From: Macrostomum lignano
Taxonomy: Eukaryota
Length of the DNA: 64,000 nt
Direction: 5' to 3'
Assembly (NCBI GenBank): GCA_002269645.1
Contig: NIVC01000151.1
Location: forward strand, 682,001-746,000
The position numbers were made by a program, and so were the translations under genes. Positions 1-12,300 of the stretch are shown piece after piece; positions within the stretch are counted from its first letter, which is position 1; every line of letters begins with the position of its first letter. Below the pieces are notes generated by a model. That model had not been told where the DNA came from and did no database searches. It was given only the letters and a program-made list of their open reading frames with translations.

Positions 1-454
1 CTTTTAACTCAACGTACACAAGGGAACGCAAGACGGACAAAATTCAGCCTAGGGGCAGGCCCAATCTAGCTCGGCCAATGAGAGAGCAGTAAGGAGAGAG
101 GTCGAAGTCAGAGGGACGAAACTCAGTCTAGGGTGCAGGCCCAATCTGGCTCAGCCAATGAAAGAGCAGTAAGGAGAGAGGTCGAAGTCAAAGGGACAAA
201 ACTCAACCTTTCCTTACTGCTCTCTCATTGGCTGAGCTAGATTGGGCCTGCTCCCTAGGTTGAGGTTTTTGTTCTTATTATTGTAAAGGCAAAAAACGCT
301 TTTTATGTTATTAAAAAAGAGACTAAAGTAGATAAGTGCAACCAACATCTTGTTATTCAAGTATCTGCGGTGCAAGCCACTGGATTGAAAGTAAATGGGC
401 TGCATCTGCAAAGCAGACGGGCTTAAAACACACCTGCGGTTCCCCCCTGCCCAG

Positions 455-3400
455 ACGAGCTGCTGCAGGCTGGCGCGCTGCCCTGGCTGATCGCCGGCCT
501 GTCCGAGTCCGGGCACCCCGCCTTGCAGTTTGAATCCGCCTGGGCCATCACCAACGTGGCCTCCGGGCAGAGCCGCCACTCGCTGGCTGTGGCTGAGGCG
601 CCTGGCGCCCTGGCCGCCCTGGTGGCGCTGCTGGACAGCTGGGAGCGCCAGCCGGCGCAGCTCACCGAGCAGGCGGCCTGGGCCCTCGCCAACATCGCTG
701 GCGACTCTGCCGCCACCAGAGACGCCGTGCTGGCAGCCGGCACCATCGAGCCGCTGGCCCGGGCGGTCCAACACGCCAGCGGGGACGGCCTGGTGCGGGT
801 GGGCGCCTGGTGCCTCGCCAACCTGTGCCGCTGCAGCAACGGCAGGTGAGCATTTTGGAATTCCAGTTGGACAGCTGGGGATCCGGGTGGTTGTTATTAA
901 TGTTATGTTATTGTATTAATTCGGAATTGAGCTCTTTTATTAGCCACTCCTGTGAGATCTTGGTGACTAAAATTTCCATTGAGTTCTTGATTTCATAGGG
1001 CATTCCCTTGATCTTATATTAGCATTTTTGTGCGATTCCCTTGAGTCCCGTGGCATGAGCGATTCCCTTTGAGTCCTGTGGCATGAGCGATTCCCCTGGA
1101 GTCCTGTGGCATGAGCGATTCCCCTCGAGTCCTGTGGCATGAGCGATTCCCCTGGAGTCCTGTGGCATGAGAGATTCCCCTCGAGTCCTGTGGCATGAGC
1201 GATTCCCCTGGAGTCCTGTGGCATGAGAGATTCCCCTGGAGTCCTGTGGCATGAGAGATTCCCCTCGAGTCCTGTGGCATGAGCGATTCCCCTGGAGTCC
1301 TGTGGCATGAGCGATTCCCCTCGAGTCCTGTGGCATGAGCAATTCCCCTCGAGTCCTGTGGCATGAGCGATTCCCCTCGAGTCCTGTGGCATGAGCAATT
1401 CTCCTCGAGTCCTTGGAGGCATGAAGCGATTCCCCTGGAGTCCTTTGGTGGCATGAGCGATTCCCCTGGAGTCCTGTGGCATGAGAAATTCCCCTCGAGT
1501 CCTTTGTGGCATGAGCATTGAGCAATTCCCCTCAAGTCCTCTGTGGCATGAGGGATTCCCCTTAGGTCTTTGGTGGCATGAGCGATTCCCCTCGAGTCCT
1601 AGGCGATATCAGCGATTCTTAGTCTTTCCTAGCAATTCCACCTGACTCCTTTTTGTAATGAGCAGTTCTATTTAAAAACCAAGGAGATTTGAGCAACTCC
1701 CTTGAGAGCTTAGCCTAGAGCTAGGGCTCATCACAGCAACTCATTGCACTCCCCGATTAATAACCCGCGTCTCTCAGGCATGCCGGCATGGCGGCCCCGC
1801 AGCTGGCCGCCCTGCAGCCCTGTCTGCCCCTGCTGGCCCGGCTGGCCTTCCACGGCGAGCCGGACATCCTGTCTGACGTCTGCTGGGCCCTCGCCTACGT
1901 GTCCGACGGCGACAACGACCGCGTGCAGGCCGTCATTGACACTGGCGTCTGCCGGCGGCTGGTGGCTCTCATTCAACATCCGCAGCAGCTGGTGGCGCGG
2001 CCGGCGCTGCGAGCCGTCGGGAACCTGGTGACCGGGGACGATATTCAGACACAGGTTTGTTGGGGTGGCTGTGTCCCGAACCCGGTGACCAGGGACCATA
2101 CTCAGGCACAGGTGTCCCGAACCCGGTGACCAGGGACCATAATCAGGCACATGTGTCCCGAACCCGGTGACCGGGGACCATACTCAGGCACAGGTGTCCC
2201 GAACCCGGTGACTGGGGACCATACTCAGGCACAGGTGTCCTGAACCCGTGGACCGGGGAGTCGGGGACCATAATCAGGCACAGGTGTCCTGAACCCGTGG
2301 ACCGGGGAGTCGGGGACCATAATCAGGCACAGGTGTCCCGAACCCGGTGACCGGGGACCATACTCAGGCACAGGTGTCCCGAACCCGGTGACCGGGGACC
2401 ATACTCAGGCACAGGTGTCCCGAACCCGGTGACCGGGGACCATACTCAGGCACAGGTGTCCCGCACCTAGTCACCGGTACCATACTCATAGGTGTAGCTG
2501 TCCGCCATTGGCCCGCAGGTGCTGCTGAACTGCCAGCTGCTGCCCGCCCTGTCCAGCCTGCTGTCAGCGGACGGTCCGGACTGGGCCCGCAAGGACGCCT
2601 GCTGGGTGGCGTCAAACGTGGCGGCGGGCAACCGCAGCCAGATCCAGGCGGTGCTGGACTGCAGCCTGGCCGGCCCGGTGCTGGAGGCGCTCCGCTACGC
2701 CGAGTTTGGCACCCGCAAGGAGGCTGCCTGGTTTGTGGCCAACGCAGCTTCAGGCGGCTCCCCGGAGCAGGTAGGTGTTAGGAATGCAATGGGTGATTAT
2801 TCATCTTATAGGAATAATAAAGGACTGAGCAGCTCAAAGAAGCCGGGTTCAATTCCGCGCGAGGCTACATCAGCTTGAGGTCTGAGGCTTGTGCGATTGA
2901 CGCCCGTGATGGCCAAACCCTAGGCATGGGGTGTACATGATGAGCAGTGTACATGATACACATGGTACACATGATGTGCAGTGTTCATGATGCACATGGT
3001 ACGCATGATGTGCAGTGTTCATGATACACATGGTACACATGATGTGCAGTGTTCATGATGCACATGGTACACATGATGTGCAGTGTTCATGATACACATG
3101 GTACACATGATGTGCAGTGTTCATGATGCACATGGTACACATGATGTGCAGTGTTCATGATGCACATGGTACACATGATGTGCAGTGTTCATGATACACA
3201 TGGTACACATGATGTGCAGTGTTCATGATACACATGGTACACATGATGTGCAGTGTTCATGATGCACATGGTACACATGATGTGCAGTGTTCATGATACA
3301 CATGGTACACATGATGTGCAGTGTACATGATACGTGGGGCATACATGATACATGGGGTTTACGTGATACATGGGGTTTACATGATGCAGTGTACATGACT

Positions 3401-4336
3401 GATGAGAAAGTCGGCTGTGCAAAGTGTATGCGTACGCGTACGCATCCGTGTGCGTACTCAAGAAATGAGCCTGACTGCTTGCCTCATCGATGGCTTGCGA
3501 GTCGACTGTCGGCTTGCGTTTTAACTGATCCACGTAACCATACAGCCGTTTCCGCCCGCCGATGTGAGGTTTCGTGGTCCACATACTAGGCAAAGTTTTT
3601 CCTTCAGTCAACCGGCGGCACACTCTCACTCAGGGTGTACAGTGGCTCTGACTTTCTCGTCATTGGTCATGTACACTCTCTATGCCTTGGTGATTGGCGA
3701 GAATGGCACGAAAAGAATCGAACTTTGGGTCAGACGCGTTTACCGCTGAGCTGCCCTGTCCCTCTGACGTGGCCATAAGACAGATCTTTCAGATATAGCC
3801 AGCTGGAATCTGTTGTATTGTATTAAGTTGAGCATGCTTCTGATGCACCCTCACGGTATCGAGCTATTAATCAATTCCAATCCCAGGTGAACTACCTGGT
3901 GAGCTGCGGCTGCCTGCAGCCCCTGTGCGACCTGCTGAACCTGCCGGACGCTCGCATCGTGGAGGTGGCACTGACCGCCCTGGAGGCTGTGCTGCGCTCG
4001 GGCGCGTCACTGGCCGCGGCCGCAGGCTCGGGACCGAACCCATTCGTACACCTGGTTGAGGAGTGCTCGGGCCTGGAGCGCCTGGAGTACCTGCAGAGTC
4101 ACGAGAACGAGCGGCTGTACCGCCGGTCGCACCTCCTCATTGATAGGTACTTCTCCGCATCGGCCGACGATGAGGCACTGGACGAGGAGCGGGGGGATGC
4201 TGACGAGCAGCCCTTGCAGCTGACGACTGGCAGTGGCGGCGGCGTCTCGGGCGGTGACGGCAGCGGCGGCCTGGCGGTTCCGGCGGCCTTCGAGTTTCAG
4301 GAGCCGCCTGCCAGTGCAGCGGGCTTTCACTTCTAG
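455..4336 (+). CDS. KPNA: Importin subunit alpha (karyopherin alpha), 5'-truncated by the window edge; exons 455-845, 1778-2054, 2519-2770, 3887-4336
   Basis: The spliced exons give importin-alpha ARM repeats ([73 protein letters not shown]) and the typical C-terminus ([27 protein letters not shown]). All junctions are GT-AG with consistent phases. The IBB domain must lie upstream of the window. Confidence 0.93.
1043..1600. repeat. 28-bp minisatellite in importin intron
   Basis: Unit gagtcctgtggcatgagcgattcccct(c/g), about 19 copies. Confidence 0.9.
2071..2495. repeat. 41-bp minisatellite resembling the exon/donor junction
   Basis: Unit gtgtcccgaacccggtgaccggggaccatactcaggcacag, about 10 copies. 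Confidence 0.9.
2822..3475 (+). mobile_element. tRNA-derived SINE copy with an internal 34-bp array (2950-3325)
   Basis: GGACTGAGCAGCTCA...GGGTTCAATTCC head, then GGCCAAACCCTAGGCATGGGGTGTACATG, the array, and GTGTACATGACTGATGAGAAAGTC. Confidence 0.6.
3540..3762 (-). mobile_element. tRNA-derived SINE copy
   Basis: Minus strand reads GGGACAGGGCAGCTCAGCGGTAAACGCGTCTGAC..GTTCGATTC, then GCCAATCACCAAGGCATAGAGAGTGTACATGA..GAGAAAGTCAGAGCCACTGTACACCCTGAGTGAG. Confidence 0.65.
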
Positions 4337-4384
4337 CTGGCTATAGTGACACCGCTGTGGGGGATCTGCCTGAGCGATTCATTG

Positions 4385-4840
4385 TGTGTGATCCCATTCC
4401 TGATGTCTGTGTGATCCCATTGCTGATGTCTGTGTGATCCCATTGCTGATGTCTGTGTGATCCCATTGCTGATGTCTGTGTGATCCCATTGTTGATGTCT
4501 GTGTGATCCCATTGCTGATGTCTGTGTGATCCCATTGTTGATGTCTGTGTGATCCCATTGCTGATGTCTGTGTGATCCCATTCCTGATGTCTGTGTGATC
4601 CCATTCCTGATGTCTGTGTGATCCCATTCCTGATGTCTGTGTGATCCCATTTCTGATGTCTGTGATCCCATGGCTGATGTCTGTGTGATCTCATTATTTG
4701 TTTATGTTTGCTCCCACTGAGCACCTGTGTGTGATCCCATTGTCTATCTGTGTGTGATCCCACTGAGCACCTGTGTGTGATCCCATTTATATCTGTGTGA
4801 TTCCATTGTTTATGTCTGTGTGATCCCAGTGAGCACCTGC
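4385..4840. repeat. 23-bp minisatellite 3' of importin
   Basis: Unit tgtgatcccattgctgatgtctg, decaying distally. Confidence 0.88.
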
Positions 4841-5056
4841 AAGACTTGAATCCTCTGTGCAGGCGCAATCCAAAACTCACTGCGTGAATGCAGCTGACAA
4901 GGCGCTGGAGTCCCCATTTCCTGTGATTTTGTGTCAATTTATTTCTATTGCATGTCTCAGTCCTGCTGTTTATCCCAATGCTATCGCGTTAACTGATTCA
5001 TTCATGCTGAAGCGATTTTCATCAATTCATCGGAACAGCCAGTCGGTGCCCGCTGT

Positions 5057-5257
5057 TGCGGCATCATCAGCTGTGCCTCCCAGCCTGCGGGCCAGTTGCG
5101 GCATCATCAGCTGTGCCTCCCAGCCTGCGGGCCAGTTGCGGCATCATCAGCTGTGCCTCCCAGCCTGCGGGCCAGTTGCGGCATCATCAGCTGTGCCTCC
5201 CAGCCTGCGGGCCAGTTGCGGCATCATCAGCTGTGCCTCCCAGCCTGCGGGCCAGTT
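5057..5257. repeat. 40-bp tandem repeat, 5 copies
   Basis: Unit gcggcatcatcagctgtgcctcccagcctgcgggccagtt. Confidence 0.9.
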
Positions 5258-6328
5258 CCACCACCTTGCGCGTGTTGAGGCGGTTCTCTATTTTCAATTG
5301 CTAATCTGGATGATTGCTAGATTCATTGCGGGCATTCGGTTGACTGTAGTCTTTATTCAATGCTTTTTTGTATCTGACTTATCGCTGAACTCGCCTACTT
5401 GCAGTAGCAAGGATCGACTCTCTGCGATCTGTCCAGCGCTGTTTGTAAAATTCATGAAAATTATCTAAAATTTTAGCGCTTGGCTTCAAAGCAGTTTTTG
5501 TTCCATGCTTTCGCTGCAAGTCTTCGGGCTTTGCTGTTTATTAAATCAAATATATGCAATGTTCAACACACCGCAGTGCTCACAACGAGTCGCTTTGAGC
5601 AGTTGCTCACGAAATCCTGTTCACTGAGCCGACTCTGCTCTCTGTCAATTTTACGCGTAAATTCACAGTCAGCTTGGCACCAGTCTGTCTCGGAGAGCAC
5701 AGGTGGACCTGCTCTGGCAGAACGCTATTAAAATCAAAGATATACAGTAGCTAAAAGTACAAGCCACAGCCTACAGGGTCCATCATCTTGACGTCGCGTG
5801 TCCTCAGTCGATTTCACTGCAGCCGAGTAGGCGCCATCTCTGACCATCTCTGCCGCCAGCGTCAACAATGAGAGCGCAATTCTGACACAGCACTCAATTC
5901 AAGTCTGGGCCGCACTCAGAAATCTTGTTTTCTCAGCTCATCAAAACAAATTGCCCATATTTGCAATGCATCTCTATTTTTTCAATTATAAAAGGGACCG
6001 CCGCTGCGAGAACATCTCTGACCCCCTGGTGGTGCAGCGGGGTGCTGCAATGTACATTGAGAATTGCAGCGCTGGCGACCCCCCCCCTCTTACCCCTCAG
6101 TGCGGCATCGCCAATTGGTCTGCGGGGTGGCGGCCGGGCCACACTGGCCCAGTGCAGCTGTTTGGTCAATTATATGGGGTGGCCCTGAGGTGGAGAGACT
6201 GGCGCAGTAATTAAGGCGGCCAGCTGCAGCTCACTGTTATTTTCAAGCCTCACTCGCGTCCCACGGCTGACTGGCGAAGCAACTGCCCGGACAGACCGAC
6301 AGCTGCGGATGCGCCGCTGAAGCTCGAC

Positions 6329-9300
6329 ATGCCACGCCGATCGGCCTCTGCGGCGCCGGACCTGGCGCTGGACCTGAGCCACCTGTCCGAGGCGGAGCGG
6401 CACCAGCTGACCGCCGTGCTGCAGCGAGACAGCGACCTGCAGGAGGCTGAGAGACTGCGTATCGGGTGAGTGCAGAGTCTCATTGATGAGACTGGGAGAC
6501 TGCAGATCGGGTGAGAGTGGAGTCTCATTGATGAGACTGGGAGACTGCAGATCGGGTGAGAGTGGAGTCTCATTGATGATGAGGCTAGGAGACTGCGTAT
6601 CGGGTGAGAGTGGAGTCTCATTGATGAGACTGGGAGACTGCGGATCGGGTGAGAGTGGAGTCTCATTGATGATGAGGCTAGGAGACTGCGGATCGGGTGA
6701 GAGTGGAGTCTCATTGATGATGAGGCTAGGAGACTGCCGATCGGGTGAGAGTGGAGTCTCATTGATGATGAGGCTAGGAGACTGCCGATCGGGTGAGAGT
6801 GGAGTCTCATTGATGATGAGGCTAGGAGACTGCGGATCGGGTGAGAGTAGAGTCTCATTGATGATGAGGCTGCATGGGAGACTGCAGATCGGGTGAGAGT
6901 AGAGTCTCATTGATAATGAGGCTGGGAGACTGCGGATCGGGTGAGAGTAGAGTCTCATTGATGATGAGGCTGCATGGGAGACTGCGGATCGGGTGAGAGT
7001 GGAGGCTCGTTGATGATGAGGCTAGGAGACTGCGGATCGGGTGAGTGCAGAGTCTCATTGATGAGACTGGGAGTCTGCGGATCGGGTGAGAGTGGAGTCT
7101 CATTGATGATGAGGCTAGGAGACTGCGGATCGGGTGAGAGTGGAGTCTCATTGATGAGGCTAAGAGACTGCGGATCGGGTGAGGGTGGAGTCTCATTGAT
7201 GAGGCTAAAAGACTGCGGATCGGGTGAGAGTGGAGTCTCATTGATGATGAGGCTATAGGAGACTGCGGATCGGGTGAGAGTAGAGGCTCATTGATGATGA
7301 AGCTAGGAGACTGCGGATCGGGTGAGAGTGGAGGCTCATTGATGATGAGGCTGCATGGGAGACTGCGCATCGGGTGAGGGTGGAGTCTCATTGATGATGA
7401 GGCTGCATGGGAGACTGCGGATCGGGTGAGAGCGGAGTCTCATTCATAAATGTAGGAGGCTGGGCGTCCGCTCTCTTGCGCAGTCGCTGGCTCAGGGTCA
7501 GTCGGCTAAGCAGCCCCAACTGACTGACGGCCTCTGTCCATCCCGACTCCCCAGCCTTCGAGTTTCCTTCCTCTTTTGAACTTCCCCACGGAATTTGCTC
7601 GAACCCTCAGGAAGCTGAAATCGTTCGTTCGCCAGGAGGATCGGTCGGCCGAGGCGCTGCTGCAGCGCAGCGAATTCAACGAGAATTACTGCATCCGCTG
7701 CTACCGCCGCTTCCTGCTGATCATCAACCCGTGGGTCAGCTGCTGCCTGTGCAGCCTGCGCGTCTGCCGCGGCCGCTGCGCGCAGAGGAGGCGCGAATTC
7801 GATGGATTCGTGTGCGGAGTTTGCGACAGGAGCCGGTGAGGGCGCCGCTGTGGGTGATGCTGTGGGTGCTGCTTTGGGTGCTGCTGTGGGTGATGCTGTG
7901 GGTGCTGCTGTGGGTGCTGCTGTGGGTGATGCTGTGGATGCTGCTGTGGGTGCTGCTGTGGGTGATGCTGTGGATGCTGCTGTGGGTGCTGCTGTGGGTG
8001 CTGCTGTGGGTGATGCTGTGGGTGATGCTGTGGGTGCTGCTGTGGGTGATGCTGTGGATGCTGCTGTGGGTGCTGCTGTGGGTGCTACTGTGGGTGCTGC
8101 TGTGGGTGCTACTGTGGGTGCCGCTGTGGGTGTTGCTGTGTGTGCTGCTGTGGGTGATGCTGATGTGGGTGCTGCTGTGGGTGCTGCTGTGGGTGCTGCT
8201 GTGGGTGCTGCTGTGGGTGATGCTGTGGATGCTGCTGTGGGTGCTGCTGTGGGTGCTACTGTGGGTGCCGCTGTGGGTGCTGCTGTGGGTGCTGCTGTGG
8301 GTGATGCTGATGTGGGTGCTGCTGTGGGTGCTGCTGTGGGTGCTGCTGTGTGGGTGCTGCTGTGGGTGCTGCTGTGGGTGATGCTGATGTGGGTGCTGCT
8401 GTGGGTGCTGCTGTGGGTGCTGCTGTGGGTGCTGCTGTGGGTGATGCTGTGGGTGCTGCTGTGGGTGCTGCTGTGGGTGCTGCTGTGTGGGTGCTGCTGT
8501 GGGTGCTGCTGTGGGTGCTGCTGTGGGTGATGCTGTGGGTGCTGCTGTGGGTGATGCTGTGGGTGATGCTGTGGGTGCTGCTGTGGGTGATGCTGTGGAT
8601 GCTGCTGTGGGTGCTGCTGTGGGTGCTACTGTGGGTGCTGCTGTGGGTGCTACTGTGGGTGCCGCTGTGGGTGCTGCTGTGGGTGCTGCTGTGGGTGATG
8701 CTGATGTGGGTGCTGCTGTGGGTGCTGCTGTGGGTGCTGCTGTGTGGGTGCTGCTGTGGGTGCTGCTGTGGATGATGCTGTGGGTGCTGCTGTGGGTGCT
8801 GCTGTGAATGATGCTGTGGGTGCTGCTGTAGGTGATGCTGTGGGTGCTGCTGTGGGTGATGCTGTGGGTGCTGCTGTGGGTGATGCTGTGGGTGATGCTG
8901 TGGGTGATGCTGTGGGTGCTGCTGTGGGTGCTGCTGTGGGTGATGCTGTGGGTGCTGCTGTGGGTGATGCTGTGGGTGATGCTGTGGGTGCTACTGTGGG
9001 TGCTGCTGTGGGTGATGCTGTGGGTGATGCTGTGGGTGATGCTGTGGGTGCTGCTGTGGGTGATGCTGTGGATGCTGCTGTGGGTGCTGCTGTGGGTGCT
9101 ACTGTGGGTGCCGCTGTGGGTGCTGCTGTGGGTGCTGCTGTGGGTGATGCTGATGTGGGTGCTGCTGTGGGTGCTGCTGTGGGTGCTGCTGTGTGGGTGC
9201 TGCTGTGGGTGCTGCTGTGGGTGATGCTGATGTGGGTGCTGCTGTGGGTGATGCTGTGGGTGCTGCTGTGGGTGCTGCTGTGGGTGATGCTGTGGGTGCT

Positions 9301-12300
9301 GCTGTGGGTGCTGCTGTGGGTGCTGCTGTGTGGGTGCTGCTGTGGGTGCTGCTGTGGGTGCTGCTGTGGGTGATGCTGTGGGTGCTGCTGTGGGTGATGC
9401 TGTGGGTGATGCTGTGGGTGCTGCTGTGGGTGATGCTGTGGATGCTGCTGTGGGTGCTGCTGTGGGTGCTACTGTGGGTGCTGCTGTGGGTGCTACTGTG
9501 GGTGCCGCTGTGGGTGCTGCTGTGGGTGCTGCTGTGGGTGATGCTGATGTGGGTGCTGCTGTGGGTGCTGCTGTGGGTGCTGCTGTGTGGGTGCTGCTGT
9601 GGGTGCTGCTGTGGATGATGCTGTGGGTGCTGCTGTGGGTGCTGCTGTGAATGATGCTGTGGGTGCTGCTGTAGGTGATGCTGTAGGTGATGCTGTAGGT
9701 GATGCTGTAGGTGATGCTGTAGGTGATCCTGTGGATGCTGCTGTGGATGACGCTGTGGATGATGCTGTGGGTGCTAAGTGATTTTAAAGGCAGCATTTGC
9801 AGACCGCAAGTTCGCGGCCGCAATTCCTTTCTCCCCAAGGCTGTGCCAGACAGGCCAGTGCCAGTGGTTCTATGACGCAGTCAAGAAGAAGTTCAAGAGC
9901 TCCGGCAGCGCCAAGGTGGTCCTCAGCCTCAGTCGGGACGCGCAGCAGCTCGCCGAAGCCAGCCTGTCGGGTGAGTGGCGAGCCGATCACTTCTGATGGT
10001 GTGCAAATGAACAAATCCAAATCCAGTTGAAAAAGATTACAGAGCTGGGTGAGCAAGGCTTGGTTGTCTTGGGTGTCTTGGTTGGCGGTCGCCGCTGACT
10101 GTCGTTGGGCGCCCCCGTCTCTCGGTGGGTGCCCCTGTCTCTCGGTGGGTGCCCTTGTCTCTCGGTGGGCACCCCTGTCTCTCGGTGGGCATCCCTGTCT
10201 CTCGGTGGGCACCCCTGTCTCTCGGTGGGCGCCCCTGTCTCTTGGGGGCGCCCCTGACCCCTGTCTACCCCTTCGCCATGCCCAACAGGTGACAAAATTT
10301 GAGCCCCCTTCATTCGTCGATATTCGTTGTCTCTTTCGTTTGAGGGCAAAAATTTATAGTGACGCTATTTTGAGGCGATTGGGAAGGCCGCTGCGTCAAC
10401 TGGCAGGGAGCGGGGCATTGTGGCAATCTGACGGAGAGTTGTCCAGTTTCTGATTCCTAGAACTATGGCGGCTCTTGACCCAGACACGGGTTTCACACCC
10501 TTTCTGTGTCTTTCCATGCGGTTCAAATTCATGAAAGCCAACCCCAAGGCACAGAGAGTGCCCATGCCTGACTAACTAGAAAGGCGGGGCCGCTGTACAC
10601 CCTGTGAGAGCATCTGCATGAGTGAGTGCCTGCATGCAGTATTGGCTGGTATGTGCTCAGGAGCCAGCGGAATGGGCAGCATTGCTTCTCCGCTAGGCGT
10701 TGCGCCAGGGTGCCCACAGCCACGTGACATGACTGCCACATCAAAACTGACTCGAACCTCCGCCCAGCTTCGGCCGGCCAGCCCGGTCTGGCTATCGAGC
10801 AGCTGTTCGCCCAGCCCGGCCAGCGCCAGCAGCTGACGGACTCCGGCCACGGCGAGTCGCTGGGCCGCCGGCCCGTCTACCGCACCGAGCTGACGTTTGC
10901 CACCAGGGCCAACGACGCGGAGGAAGGCGACGACCCCGCCGATGACGCGGGCTTTGGATTCCGCGCTGCCGACGACTTCGTCGGCCTGACGTCACTGGGG
11001 CGAGGCGGAGCCGGCGATGCTGCAACCGCGGCTGCCACAGTGGACGATTCGACGGCGTCAACGGTCGGGCTGCAGATCACCAGCTTCCAGGGCCGGCTGC
11101 ACGATTCGCTGCACCGCCTGCAGGCCGATCTGCGGGCCGCGGTGCCACACGAGGACCGGGCGACCTCAGCGGAGGCCGGGCAGGTGGTGGCGCGGCACGC
11201 CTCGGAGGTCGCCGATCTCATCTCGACATTCGCCCAGACGCTGCACGCCACCATGGGTGAGAGAGGGCGGGGACATTGACCAGCCCTGCACTTCTCCGGG
11301 GACATTGCCCAGCACTGCAATTGTCTGGGGAAATTGACCAGCACTGCACTTCTCTGGGGACATTGACCAGCACTGCACTTCTCTGGGGACATTGACCAGC
11401 ACTGCACTTCTCCGGTGACATTGTCCAGCCCTGCCATTCTCTGGGACATTGTCCAGCCCTGCCATTCTCTGGGACATTGTCCAGCCCTGCAATTCTGGGG
11501 ACATTGTCCAGCCCTGCAATTCTGGGGACATTGTCCAGCCCTGCAATTCTGGGGACATTTTCCAGCCCTGGGGACATTGTCGGCAGGACCAAGCGAGGGC
11601 AGCGGAGCGCGCGTCGGCGAGTCGAACGCCGTCGCGAGCGAAACTGGCGAGGTCGGCAACGTGGCGCCGCCCGCCGAGCTGCTGCTGCGCTGGCCCAATT
11701 GGATCTTCCGGGTGGCGCCGGGGACCATGAGGCTCACCAGCACCGAGCCCCAGCCGTACCAGAGGGCACGCTTCGGGTCGGGACGCTGAACTGCCGCACT
11801 CTCAAGGCCACATGGCGGAGAGGGCTGCTGGCGAGGCTAGCGCTCGACCTCAGCTGTGATGTCATCGCACTACAGGAGCTGTCTATCAGAGCCGACCCCG
11901 GACTTCACTGTGAGGACCTGGGCGCCGGTTGGACACTCTGGTACACCTCAGCGGATGAGCGAGGCCGTGGAGGAGTTGGAGCGCTGATCGGACCGAGGCT
12001 GCAGCAGAGCTGTCGCTGCGTCTCCCTGTCTTCTCGGCTGCTTCGGGTCGACGTCCGGCTTCGCGGCCGGAACGCCCGCCTGTTCTGCGCGTACGCGCCG
12101 CCTGCTACCCGCTCCGATGAGGCTCAGGCCTTCTTCGAGCAACTCGGTGCGGGTGGAGGAGATGGCGCAACGTGACACAGTGGTCATTCTCGGAGACCTG
12201 AACGCAGTTCTGCGTAGGTCCGAGCGATCGCTGTTCGTGACAGCGCGCGAGAACGGCAACACCGGAGCGCTAGAGGACTTCCTGGAGAGACAGGACATGG

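Noticed and set aside
3385-3410. Hammerhead-like CTGATGA-GAAA (also CTGACGA-TTA-GAAA at ~35053)
   Set aside because: There is no room for helix II, and no helix III or NUH site in the required geometry. Kept only as a conserved SINE hairpin.
7736-9838. 700-aa minus-strand mucin-like ORF (PTAA/HSST repeats)
   Set aside because: It is the stop-free reading of a simple intronic array antisense to the MyRIP-like gene, and the same array gives long ORFs in several frames.
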